This document shows, piece after piece, positions 14,323-22,283 of a DNA stretch of 24,000 bases; within the stretch, counting starts at the first letter, position 1, and every line of letters begins with the position of its first letter. The notes below the pieces were generated by a model. It was not told the origin of the DNA and did no database searches. It saw only the letters and a program-made list of their open reading frames with translations. The stretch lies in NCBI RefSeq assembly GCF_011008845.1, contig NZ_JAAIWM010000006.1:88832-112831 (forward strand), given 5' to 3'. This DNA is from Bacillus mesophilus. GTDB lineage: Bacteria; Bacillota; Bacilli; Bacillales; SA4. Position numbers and translations under genes: made by a program.

Positions 14323-15690
14323 CTATGAGTTTGAACTAAATAATGGTTTTGACGGATTGGAAGCACGTTCAAGATCATCCAATACAGTATTCTTTCTAAA
14401 GTAATATAAAAGAACAAAAACGACTGCAAAGCCCAAAATAACATAGACAGCGATAAATAATAGGAACAGGGGCAATAGATCTGTTGCTGTAGTAGAGGCA
14501 GCAGCGGTTGATAGAATTCGATAAATAACCCAAGGTTGACGACCAGAGCATGCAACAATCCATCCAGACTCTATGGCGACAATAGCAAGTGGACCTGTTG
14601 TCACTAAAAGACCCAAAAACCATTTGGGATAACGGTCCTTCTTCAAAAACTTTCGCCATACTAATGCAGCGATTGGAATCATAATGAGTAAGGTACCAAT
14701 TAACACCATTACGTTAAATAGAGTATGAACAAATAAAGGTGGCCAAAGCTCTTCAGGGAAATCATTGAGACCAATGACAACGGTGTCGAAGCTGTCTCCG
14801 GCTAAATAACTTAATGCCCAAGGAATTTCAATACCCCATTTGACAGTTTGGGTTTCCCGATCCGTAAATCCGCCAATTGCTAGTGGAGCATGTGATTGTG
14901 TTTCAAATAAACCCTCTGCAGCAGCTAGTTTTTCTGGTTGATATTTATGTAGGTACTGAGCAGATTCGTGTCCGTTTGTTGCGGTTAAAAAAGCAAAAAT
15001 ACCTCCAATAATAAGACTTAGTCTTAATGCTTTTCTGTGGAACTTATACACTCTTGATCCATATTCGTTCCGAAGCATTTTAAAAGATGCTACAGATGCT
15101 ACAACGAATGCCCCCACTACATAGGCTGATAGTCCAACATGTGTAGCTGTTACAAAAAAGCTTGGGTTAAAAAACGCTGCCCATGGATCAATATCAACAT
15201 ACTGTCCGTCTACATAGTTAAACCCAGCGGGAGTACCCTGCCATGCATGTACGTTGGTAATGAGTACAGCAGAAGCCAGTGCACCAAGTGCAACGAGAGT
15301 TAAGCTTACAATTCTCATCCATGGTGCAATACGTTCTGCCGCATACACATAAATGGACATGAATAGGGCTTCCACAAAAAATGCGTAAATTTCAATTTGA
15401 AACGGAAGCGGCATAACACGAGCGACGACTTCTAAAAATCCGGGCCATAATAATGAAAGTTGAACCCCAGCTATCGTTCCCGTTGGAATCCCAACACCAA
15501 GAAGAACAGCAAACGCCTTTGTCCAGCGTTTTGCCATGACAGCATAATCCTGGTCCTTTGTTTTCTGATAGAGAAGTTCTGCTGCTAAAATCATGAGCGG
15601 AAGTCCTACTCCAATAGTGGCAAAAATAATGTGAAAAGCCATTGTGGTACCAAATAGGGAGCGTGCTATTACTAAATCATCCATAATCAT
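14323..15690 (-). CDS. cydA: Cytochrome bd-type quinol oxidase subunit I
   Basis: 455 aa. The N-terminus LARSLFGTTMAFHIIFATIGVGLP and the hallmark GRQPW motif (ACSGRQPWVIY) are present. An AAAGGA RBS is present. Confidence 0.92.
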   Translation of the reverse strand: MIMDDLVIARSLFGTTMAFHIIFATIGVGLPLMILAAELLYQKTKDQDYAVMAKRWTKAFAVLLGVGIPTGTIAGVQLSLLWPGFLEVVARVMPLPFQIEIYAFFVEALFMSIYVYAAERIAPWMRIVSLTLVALGALASAVLITNVHAWQGTPAGFNYVDGQYVDIDPWAAFFNPSFFVTATHVGLSAYVVGAFVVASVASFKMLRNEYGSRVYKFHRKALRLSLIIGGIFAFLTATNGHESAQYLHKYQPEKLAAAEGLFETQSHAPLAIGGFTDRETQTVKWGIEIPWALSYLAGDSFDTVVIGLNDFPEELWPPLFVHTLFNVMVLIGTLLIMIPIAALVWRKFLKKDRYPKWFLGLLVTTGPLAIVAIESGWIVACSGRQPWVIYRILSTAAASTTATDLLPLFLLFIAVYVILGFAVVFVLLYYFRKNTVLDDLERASNPSKPLFSSNS

Positions 15691-15780
15691 TTTCGTCCTT
15701 TCAGGATTTCATCATATTTCCATATCATCTCCAAATTGGAATCTTATATGTAAAAAATGACATAGGCCAAAAAGTAAAAT

Positions 15781-15808
15781 AAAAAAACGACAAGTAGGCA
15801 CTTGTCGT
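15781..15808 (-). terminator. Terminator of the LTA-synthase-family gene
   Basis: The minus strand reads ACGACAAGT-gcct-ACTTGTCGT followed by TTTTTTT. It lies 7 nt after the stop codon. Confidence 0.8.
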
Positions 15809-15814
15809 TTTGGG

Positions 15815-17788
15815 TTAATCTGTTTGAGGAATTACATGTTGATAATAGTTTGTTTCGAGCATTTTGGCTGAGTAATAAAATTTTTGGTTAATAGTATGAG
15901 AGATGAATTCAATATAACCCTCTTCAATAGATTCTCCCTTGTGTGGAGTAAATTGTTTCGTGACTGAGTTGTATGTACCTTTATTCGTAAGAAAGCTTCG
16001 ATCCAATAATGGAACAATTGGTTCGGCATCAGAAAAAATATCCTGTCCCATTAATAGTCTTGAATCATATTGTAGTCCAAGAAGATTAGATAGAGTGGGA
16101 ATGATATCTAAACTAGAGCTTAGCTTATCAACGGTCATAGGTTCCATTCCTTTTGTATAAAGAATGAAGGGACTTTTGAAAATTTCAAAGGTAGGTTCCA
16201 CTGAATGACCAGTCAATTCATCTATCACGACTGGATCTAGTCCATAAGGATAATGATCTGCACTGAGGGCAATCAACGTTTTCTCTGCCACACCAGCTTC
16301 TTCAAGCTGTGTTAATAGATACTGTAGCGATCGGTCTAGTTCGATTTGAGTTGCTAGATAGGCTTTTCCTTCTTCAGAGTAAGGAAGATTTTCTACTAGC
16401 TTTTTATTTTTGTGGGCCATCATATTTCCGGTAAAATTATATTGCATATGGCCACTCACGGTCATGTAGTAGGCATGGAATTTTTCTTCATTCACATACT
16501 CCGAAACAGTCTTCTCAAACATCTCTACATCTGACTCAGGCCAGGTTTTCTTAACGTTTAATCCATTTCCGAGACCTTTGTAGTCATAACCCATATTTGG
16601 ATGAGATAAATCCCTTCTATAAAACTTATAAGAGTGATTATGGTATGCCTTTGTTATGTAACCTTGTTTTCTTAACTGATTGCCCATGGCAAAAGGTAAA
16701 TAGTTTTTACTAGACTCTTCAAAGCTCCATACACCAGTTTTGGGTAATAGGCCAATGTTTGCGACGTACTCACCATCGGTTGTACCCACATCCCATAAAG
16801 GATTATAAAAGTTAGTAAACTTGTAGCCTTCGTTAACCAGTTTATATAAGGTAGGGGTTACTTCTGGATGAACGGCATAGGGTGCAAAGCTTTCTGCTGT
16901 AATAAGAACAAGATTATACCCTTCGTATATTCCTGTAAATTCATTCTTCTTAGTGGCTGGAACGGTTTGTATATATTGATGAATTTCCTGGATAGTCGGA
17001 TCTTGCTCAGTCGATATTAACTTTTCAAAGTCTATATCCATCGTATTATATTCAACTTTAATAAGTGATTCCTTGCGATCCTCAACTAATTCATCAATTA
17101 AAATGGGTGCTAAAGGAGCAGTAACTTCTAGTACTGGCGCTTCCATCGTTGGAGCCCAACCGGTTAGAGAACGTTGAAAATCCAATTGCATCATTGTGAT
17201 TAAACCCAGCTTTTGAACAGAAAGAATGGAATTATGACTATTAAAATACAAATCATAAGCAGAGTGCTGTTTTTTATCACTAGAGTAAATGATTGCTACA
17301 CCAACAACATAAGGAAGGATCAGTAAGCAAACAAAAGCAACAGCTGAGAGCTTTGTGAGTCTGTTAAAGGCAAATAACTTTCTACCAATCGTTAATAATA
17401 TGAGAGCGGGAACGAAGAACAAAGGAACAACCAACCAATTCTCAAGAATCAGCCCCCATATGTCATTCCAGAATTCAAAGATTTGGGTAGCATTTCCTGC
17501 TGAATACAGGCTATAGAAATTTCTAAAGGATTGATGATAAATGAATTGACTAGCATACATGAAACCTGTAGAAATAAGTAAAATAAATGCAATGAAAAAT
17601 CCGGTCTTATTTTTAAAAAGACTAGATACAATAAATAAAAGAATTGCAGTGGTACTTGATAGTAAGAACGGGAGCAAAAAGCGTGATGATGGTGTAAATC
17701 CTGTTGAGAACGCTTTCAGTAAAATCTCCATAAAAGAAATGGAAACGATAAAATAAACAAGTAGGGAAATAGATTTATAGGATTTCAA
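15815..17788 (-). CDS. LTA synthase family protein (polytopic N-terminus plus extracellular sulfatase/alkaline-phosphatase-fold domain)
   Basis: I start at the TTG at 17788, which has a GAGGTGA RBS 8 nt upstream, giving 657 aa. The first ~160 aa contain about five TM helices. The following domain has LVLITAESFAPY, WDVGTTDGEY (candidate Thr nucleophile) and LSADHYPYGL. The 724-aa track version would overlap the divergent promoter and the start of the next gene. Confidence 0.78.
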   Translation of the reverse strand: MKSYKSISLLVYFIVSISFMEILLKAFSTGFTPSSRFLLPFLLSSTTAILLFIVSSLFKNKTGFFIAFILLISTGFMYASQFIYHQSFRNFYSLYSAGNATQIFEFWNDIWGLILENWLVVPLFFVPALILLTIGRKLFAFNRLTKLSAVAFVCLLILPYVVGVAIIYSSDKKQHSAYDLYFNSHNSILSVQKLGLITMMQLDFQRSLTGWAPTMEAPVLEVTAPLAPILIDELVEDRKESLIKVEYNTMDIDFEKLISTEQDPTIQEIHQYIQTVPATKKNEFTGIYEGYNLVLITAESFAPYAVHPEVTPTLYKLVNEGYKFTNFYNPLWDVGTTDGEYVANIGLLPKTGVWSFEESSKNYLPFAMGNQLRKQGYITKAYHNHSYKFYRRDLSHPNMGYDYKGLGNGLNVKKTWPESDVEMFEKTVSEYVNEEKFHAYYMTVSGHMQYNFTGNMMAHKNKKLVENLPYSEEGKAYLATQIELDRSLQYLLTQLEEAGVAEKTLIALSADHYPYGLDPVVIDELTGHSVEPTFEIFKSPFILYTKGMEPMTVDKLSSSLDIIPTLSNLLGLQYDSRLLMGQDIFSDAEPIVPLLDRSFLTNKGTYNSVTKQFTPHKGESIEEGYIEFISHTINQKFYYSAKMLETNYYQHVIPQTD

Positions 17789-17880
17789 TGGAATATCACC
17801 TCTTCTTACATATTTTAGTATAACTGACGCTTTTTTGCAGGATAATGTTACGAAAATGATGTAGTAAATATGTTCGAGAA

Positions 17881-17909
17881 TTGAGTCCAGCCATATTGTC
17901 CTGTAAAAT
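17881..17909 (+). promoter_or_regulatory. Candidate SigA promoter of the FAD-oxidase operon
   Basis: TTGAGT-17 nt-TAAAAT, 34 nt upstream of the ATG at 17943. Confidence 0.55.
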
Positions 17910-17942
17910 AAAGTAAAGAATGAATGGAAAAAGGTGTAGAAG

Positions 17943-19061
17943 ATGAAGAAGTACATTGTTGTTGGAGCAGGTATTCTGGGTGCATCCACCGCTTATCACC
18001 TAGCAAAAGCGGGTGCTGAGGTTACAATCGTTGATCGTCAAGATCATGGTCAAGCTACTGATGCTGCTGCTGGTATAGTTTGTCCGTGGCTATCCCAAAG
18101 AAGAAATAAGGCATGGTATGAACTTGTAAAATCGGGAGCAAGGTACTATCCCGAACTTATTCAGCAGTTAGAAGAATTAGGTGAAACAGAGACAGGCTAT
18201 CGAAAGGTGGGTGCTCTTAGTTTACATACTGATTATGAAAAGCTTGAAAAGATGGTAGAGAGGGCCCTTAAGAGACGTGAGGATGCTCCTGAGATTGGTG
18301 AAGTTACTATATTATCACCTGCTGATACGAAAAGAATGTTTCCTCCATTAGCTGAGGAGTATGGTTCAGTCTTTGTAAGCGGAGGCGCACGAGTGAATGG
18401 TAGAGCCTTAAAAGATGCACTTTTGAGTGGCGCAAAGAAGCTTGGTGCGACCTATTTGGAGGGAAATGCAGCGCTTCTTTATAATGATAATGTGATTCAT
18501 GGAATTCAATTAGAAGAACGGGGAATTGATGCTGATCAGGTACTCATAACTGGAGGTGTGTGGTCTCGAGATTTATTAGAGCCTTTAGGTGTTGAGTTTT
18601 TAGTAACGTCTCAAAAGGCACAAATACTACACCTTGAATGGCAAAATGAAGATACAGGTGATTGGCCTGTTGTTATACCACCGAACGATCAATATATGCT
18701 TTCTTTTGAAGAAGGGCGAATTGTTATAGGTGCAACACATGAAGATCATGTTGGGTTTGATACAAGAGTGACTGCTGCGGGGATGAATGAGGTTTTAGGA
18801 AAGGCGTTAGCTGTTGCGCCAGGTCTTTCTGGTTGCACCATCATGGAGGCACGAGTCGGCTTTCGCCCTTTTACACCTGGATTTCTACCTGTGATAGGTG
18901 CTGTTCCAGGATTAGAGGGTGTATTATTAGCAAATGGATTAGGAGCTTCTGGGCTAACAAGCGGTCCTTTTTTAGGAGCTGAGTTAGCTAGACTAGCGTT
19001 GGGGAGAGATACGGAATTGGAACTATCTCATTATAGTGTTAGTGGTGCAATTGACAAGTAA
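17943..19061 (+). CDS. FAD-dependent oxidoreductase, DAO family (glycine/D-amino-acid oxidase-like)
   Basis: MKKYIVVGAGILGASTAYHLAKAGAEVTIVDR is the dinucleotide-binding fold. The length of 372 aa and the C-terminal GLGASGLTSGP are typical of the DAO family. Confidence 0.85.
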   Translation: MKKYIVVGAGILGASTAYHLAKAGAEVTIVDRQDHGQATDAAAGIVCPWLSQRRNKAWYELVKSGARYYPELIQQLEELGETETGYRKVGALSLHTDYEKLEKMVERALKRREDAPEIGEVTILSPADTKRMFPPLAEEYGSVFVSGGARVNGRALKDALLSGAKKLGATYLEGNAALLYNDNVIHGIQLEERGIDADQVLITGGVWSRDLLEPLGVEFLVTSQKAQILHLEWQNEDTGDWPVVIPPNDQYMLSFEEGRIVIGATHEDHVGFDTRVTAAGMNEVLGKALAVAPGLSGCTIMEARVGFRPFTPGFLPVIGAVPGLEGVLLANGLGASGLTSGPFLGAELARLALGRDTELELSHYSVSGAIDK

Positions 19062-19075
19062 TGATGGAGGGGAAG

Positions 19076-20446
19076 ATGATGGACTTTATAAAAGAGTTAC
19101 AGAACTTGCTACCAAGTGACCGTATCTCAACAAATGAGACGATTTTAGAGCAGCATAGTAAGGATGAGTCTCACCATGAACCAGCTACTCCTCAAGTAGT
19201 GGTATTTCCCTTACATACAGAAGAGATTAGTAGGATCATGCAAGTTGCCTCCAAGTATCGTATACCTGTTTTTCCGTTTGGTGTAGGTTCAAGCTTGGAG
19301 GGACACGTTATTCCATATGGAGGTGGAATAACCATCGACCTATCTTTAATGGATCAAATAGTAGAGATCAGAGATAAGGATTTCTTGGTTAAAGTCCAAC
19401 CTGGAGTAACACGTTCAAAGCTAAATAAAGAATTAAAGAAACACGGACTGTTCTTTCCGGTAGACCCTGGGGCTGACGCAACGATTGGTGGAATGGCGGC
19501 GACGAATGCAAGTGGAACGACATCGGTTCGTTACGGGATTATGCGTGATCAGGTTAGGAACTTAGAGGTCGTCTTAGCAGATGGAACGGTCACTCATACT
19601 GGAAATTTAGCATCAAAATCTTCTTCCGGCTATCATCTTAATTCAATGTTTGTCGGTTCGGAAGGAACATTAGGGGTTTTTTCAGAAATAACGCTCAAAG
19701 TCTATGGCATTCCTGAGGCAATCATGGCAGCAAGAGCCATTTTCTCGGAGATTGAGGATGCTGTGAATGCAGTTGCTTCCATCCTTCAAGCAGGCATTCC
19801 GATTGCTAGATGTGAGTTGGTAGATGCTCGTTCAGTTAAGCAGGTGAATATCTACAGTAAAACTAGTTATCAAGAGAAGCCGACTCTCTTTTTAGAGTTT
19901 CATGGAAATAAAGCAGGGTTAGCTCAGGATGTTGAATTTACAAAAGAGCTGTTGGTGGATCAGGGGTGTAGTGATTTTGTTTTTGAAACGGACTCCAAGG
20001 CAGTTCAGCAGCTTTGGGAAGCGCGTCACCACTTGGCATATGCGTTTCTTCATGGTTTTCCTAGTCTTGATATGATGATCACGGATGTTTGTGTACCTAT
20101 TTCAGAGCTCGCTGGTGCAATCATCGATGCTCGCCAGGCGATGGATCAAACTGGTCTTGATGGTGCGATTCTGGGTCATGTGGGCGATGGGAATTTCCAC
20201 ACCCTGCTAATGATTGATAAGTCCAAAAAAGAAGATATAGAAAAAGCTGATCGATATAACGAGCATTTAGTTACCTATGCATTAGCAAGAGGTGGAACTT
20301 GTACTGGTGAACACGGGGTAGGAATTGGTAAGAAGAAGTACCAAAAGCTAGAGCATGGAGATGCGCTTAACATTATGTCGGGTATTAAAAAAATGTTAGA
20401 TCCACAGTGTATTTTAAATCCAGACAAGATTATTGATAAGTATTAA
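19076..20446 (+). CDS. FAD-linked oxidase, GlcD / D-lactate dehydrogenase family
   Basis: The PCMH-type FAD-binding domain (VFPFGVGSSLEGH, ATIGGMAATNASG) and the C-terminal GTCTGEHGVGIGKK are present. I prefer the start at 19076, which has GGAGGGGAAG just upstream. The track start at 19061 (TAATG overlap with the upstream stop) is an alternative. Either way the two genes are coupled. Confidence 0.85.
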   Translation: MMDFIKELQNLLPSDRISTNETILEQHSKDESHHEPATPQVVVFPLHTEEISRIMQVASKYRIPVFPFGVGSSLEGHVIPYGGGITIDLSLMDQIVEIRDKDFLVKVQPGVTRSKLNKELKKHGLFFPVDPGADATIGGMAATNASGTTSVRYGIMRDQVRNLEVVLADGTVTHTGNLASKSSSGYHLNSMFVGSEGTLGVFSEITLKVYGIPEAIMAARAIFSEIEDAVNAVASILQAGIPIARCELVDARSVKQVNIYSKTSYQEKPTLFLEFHGNKAGLAQDVEFTKELLVDQGCSDFVFETDSKAVQQLWEARHHLAYAFLHGFPSLDMMITDVCVPISELAGAIIDARQAMDQTGLDGAILGHVGDGNFHTLLMIDKSKKEDIEKADRYNEHLVTYALARGGTCTGEHGVGIGKKKYQKLEHGDALNIMSGIKKMLDPQCILNPDKIIDKY

Positions 20447-20463
20447 GAGATTAATAGTAAAAG

Positions 20464-20488
20464 GAGGCTGCTGAAATTCAGTAGCCTC
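20464..20488. terminator. Hairpin between convergent genes (probable bidirectional terminator)
   Basis: GAGGCTGCTG-aaatt-CAGTAGCCTC is a 10-bp stem with one G:U pair. The T tracts on both sides are weak. Confidence 0.5.
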
Positions 20489-20506
20489 TTCCTTGAATCT
20501 TAGTAA

Positions 20507-21247
20507 TTATCTTACTTTCGAAAGTGCCTCGTACAAGTCATTCATATTAACAATACCAAGTTGGATGATTTTTTCTATATATATACTCCAAAGTTTAGCT
20601 GTTAATCTAGCGTCTCCTAGAGCGTGATGTCGTTCCACAACAGGGATATCGTGATAGACACAAAGATCTTCTAGCCGGACTAGTTGAAGGTCAGGGTCAG
20701 CAATTTTAAATAGAAAGGAAGTATCTAGAATCCGGTGCTTCAAGGGGGTGCGGAATAACTTCCAACTTGAATGCTGAAGAAATGTTTTCTCATGATTGGC
20801 GTGATGAGCAACTAGTACAGCATCCTTAGCAAATTCAAAGAATTGAAGAAGTACACTTGATAAATTTGGCGCATTTAAAAGATCTTCTTTTCGAATTCCA
20901 GTTAAGTGAGTGAGTTCAGGGGAGAGATCTTCATTATGAAAGACCAGAGAGTAAAACGTATCCTCTTCCTTTATGATTCCTCCATCAACCTTTATTGCAC
21001 CGATGGATAAAATAACGTCACCTTTATCTGGGAAAAACCCTGTAGTTTCAATATCAAATACAACAGCATTGAGCTTATTTAGAGGTTCATACATAACCTG
21101 TTCTTTGCGAATTTCCCTATGAAGCTCGCGAAGAAAGGCAACATTTTGAGGAGATTGTTGTCCCTGCATGCCACTGAGAATACCACTGTTTATTCTTCCA
21201 TGAATCCCCTTTAGGAGGTGAATAATTGGATTATATGCCACTTTCAA
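20507..21247 (-). CDS. DEDDh-type 3'-5' exonuclease (DnaQ/epsilon-like) with a ~55-aa N-terminal extension
   Basis: Exo I is VVFDIETTGF. The Exo II-like motif is LVAHHANHEKTFL. Exo III is HHALGDARLTAKLW. The start is either the TTG at 21247, which abuts the upstream TGA, or the GTG at 21241, which lies 6 nt after AAGGGTGA. Both imply coupling to the nucleotidyltransferase gene. Confidence 0.8.
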   Translation of the reverse strand: MKVAYNPIIHLLKGIHGRINSGILSGMQGQQSPQNVAFLRELHREIRKEQVMYEPLNKLNAVVFDIETTGFFPDKGDVILSIGAIKVDGGIIKEEDTFYSLVFHNEDLSPELTHLTGIRKEDLLNAPNLSSVLLQFFEFAKDAVLVAHHANHEKTFLQHSSWKLFRTPLKHRILDTSFLFKIADPDLQLVRLEDLCVYHDIPVVERHHALGDARLTAKLWSIYIEKIIQLGIVNMNDLYEALSKVR

Positions 21248-22225
21248 TCACCCTTTTTCAATGCAGTTTTGTACAAAGTGATGAAGTCTCACTCCGTCCT
21301 TAAGAATCTGCTTTATTAATTTTTTTTCGCTTTGAGTTAATGTTTTGATGGAGAGGTAATGTGACTCTGAATATGAATCGTCTTTCTTATATGAAGCAAT
21401 TCGGAACTCTAACAATGTTTTAAAGCGATCTTGATAGGGTTTTAATTCCCGATTGTATGTGTCGAGCTTACGGAGACAATCGAATCTTGATAGGGTGGAG
21501 CTTTCGTAAATCCCTTCTTTAATGGCGAGTAATCGAATGGCATTGACATAAGGTAAGAAGGCGGCGTGCTTTAAGTCAATTGATCCAGCATAAGGTCCGG
21601 TTTGTTGAACATATAGCTGTCCAAATACCCCAACGGATTTTTTGATGTGTCTTATATTATCTAGAAACCTTTGTAACAATCGAGGGTGTTCTAGATTTTG
21701 ATCAAGAATCCTTTTTTTAAATGCATTAATCATTTTCTTCTTACCAACAAGCACTCTAGCATCATAAAAAATCTGTAGATATCTAATCGAATCTAGACTT
21801 TCTTCTAAAGTCCATTGGTTTATCTGGTCGGCCCATCCCGAAAAAGATTTACACCAAATGGGATTTGAGCTCATGACCTTGCCATCGCAATACGGATACC
21901 CTAATTGAACTAAACCATTTGAAAGTTTTTCACCAAATGTTAAGAAATAGTTAGTAGCTTCTAATGTATCTGCTTCAAAGACAATCCCGTGATCCTGGTC
22001 GCTAACATAACCCTGTTCAAAACGACCAGCACTGCCTAAGACAAACCAGCTAAATTCACATGGGGATTCTCCGTGTTCCTCTTTGTACTCCTTAAAGCAC
22101 TCCTGGAAAAATGCTATCATTATACTGTCATGGAAGGTGTTCAATTGCTCTGAAGAATGGAATGTATAAATATGCTGTTCCTTCCATTCTTTAATGGCTT
22201 TGTAAACTTCATTATTTGCAGTCAT
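21248..22225 (-). CDS. DUF294-type (GlnD-like, Pol-beta superfamily) nucleotidyltransferase with a helical substrate-binding domain; no CBS or cNMP sensor domains
   Basis: The Pol-beta NTase signature is FVLGSAGRFEQGYVSDQDHGIVF (G-S-x10-D-x-D). An alpha-helical C-terminal half follows. A GAGGAAG RBS is present. The protein is 325 aa. Confidence 0.75.
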   Translation of the reverse strand: MTANNEVYKAIKEWKEQHIYTFHSSEQLNTFHDSIMIAFFQECFKEYKEEHGESPCEFSWFVLGSAGRFEQGYVSDQDHGIVFEADTLEATNYFLTFGEKLSNGLVQLGYPYCDGKVMSSNPIWCKSFSGWADQINQWTLEESLDSIRYLQIFYDARVLVGKKKMINAFKKRILDQNLEHPRLLQRFLDNIRHIKKSVGVFGQLYVQQTGPYAGSIDLKHAAFLPYVNAIRLLAIKEGIYESSTLSRFDCLRKLDTYNRELKPYQDRFKTLLEFRIASYKKDDSYSESHYLSIKTLTQSEKKLIKQILKDGVRLHHFVQNCIEKG

Positions 22226-22240
22226 AGGTCACTTCCTCTA

Positions 22241-22275
22241 AATAAAGAAACACAAAAGAGTAACTTTTGTGTTTC
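22241..22275 (-). terminator. Strong intrinsic terminator immediately after amt
   Basis: The minus strand reads GAAACACAAAAG-ttact-CTTTTGTGTTTC, a perfect 12-bp stem, followed by TTTATTT. It sits in the 58-nt gap between the amt stop and the NTase start. Confidence 0.85.
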
Positions 22276-22283
22276 CAACATCC

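Noticed and set aside
15691-15780. A Rex or ResD operator upstream of cydA
   Set aside because: I found no TTGTGAA-N4-TTCACAA-like dyad, and the promoter hexamers are ambiguous, so nothing was annotated.
12125-16055. Extra partial matches to the GGGACA element (CTTGTCCCT in htpG near 12130; CCTGTCCCATT in the LTA-synthase-family gene near 16036)
   Set aside because: Each is a single half-site inside coding sequence without the second direct hexamer or the inverted partner. This is compatible with chance.
17789-17989. The N-terminal extension of the LTA-synthase-family ORF (724-aa version starting at 17989)
   Set aside because: It would overlap the promoter and the first codons of the divergent FAD oxidoreductase gene, and it lacks an RBS. 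The TTG at 17788 has a GAGGTGA RBS and preserves all TM helices.
10538-17999. ORFs 10538..10786(-), 14295..14558(-), 14396..14659(-), 15832..16029(-), 15939..16160(+), 17449..17631(-), 17559..17756(+) and 17796..17999(-)
   Set aside because: All are alternative-frame or antisense shadows inside long, well-supported genes (the YdjM-like gene, cydA, the LTA-synthase-family gene) or inside the divergent promoter region.
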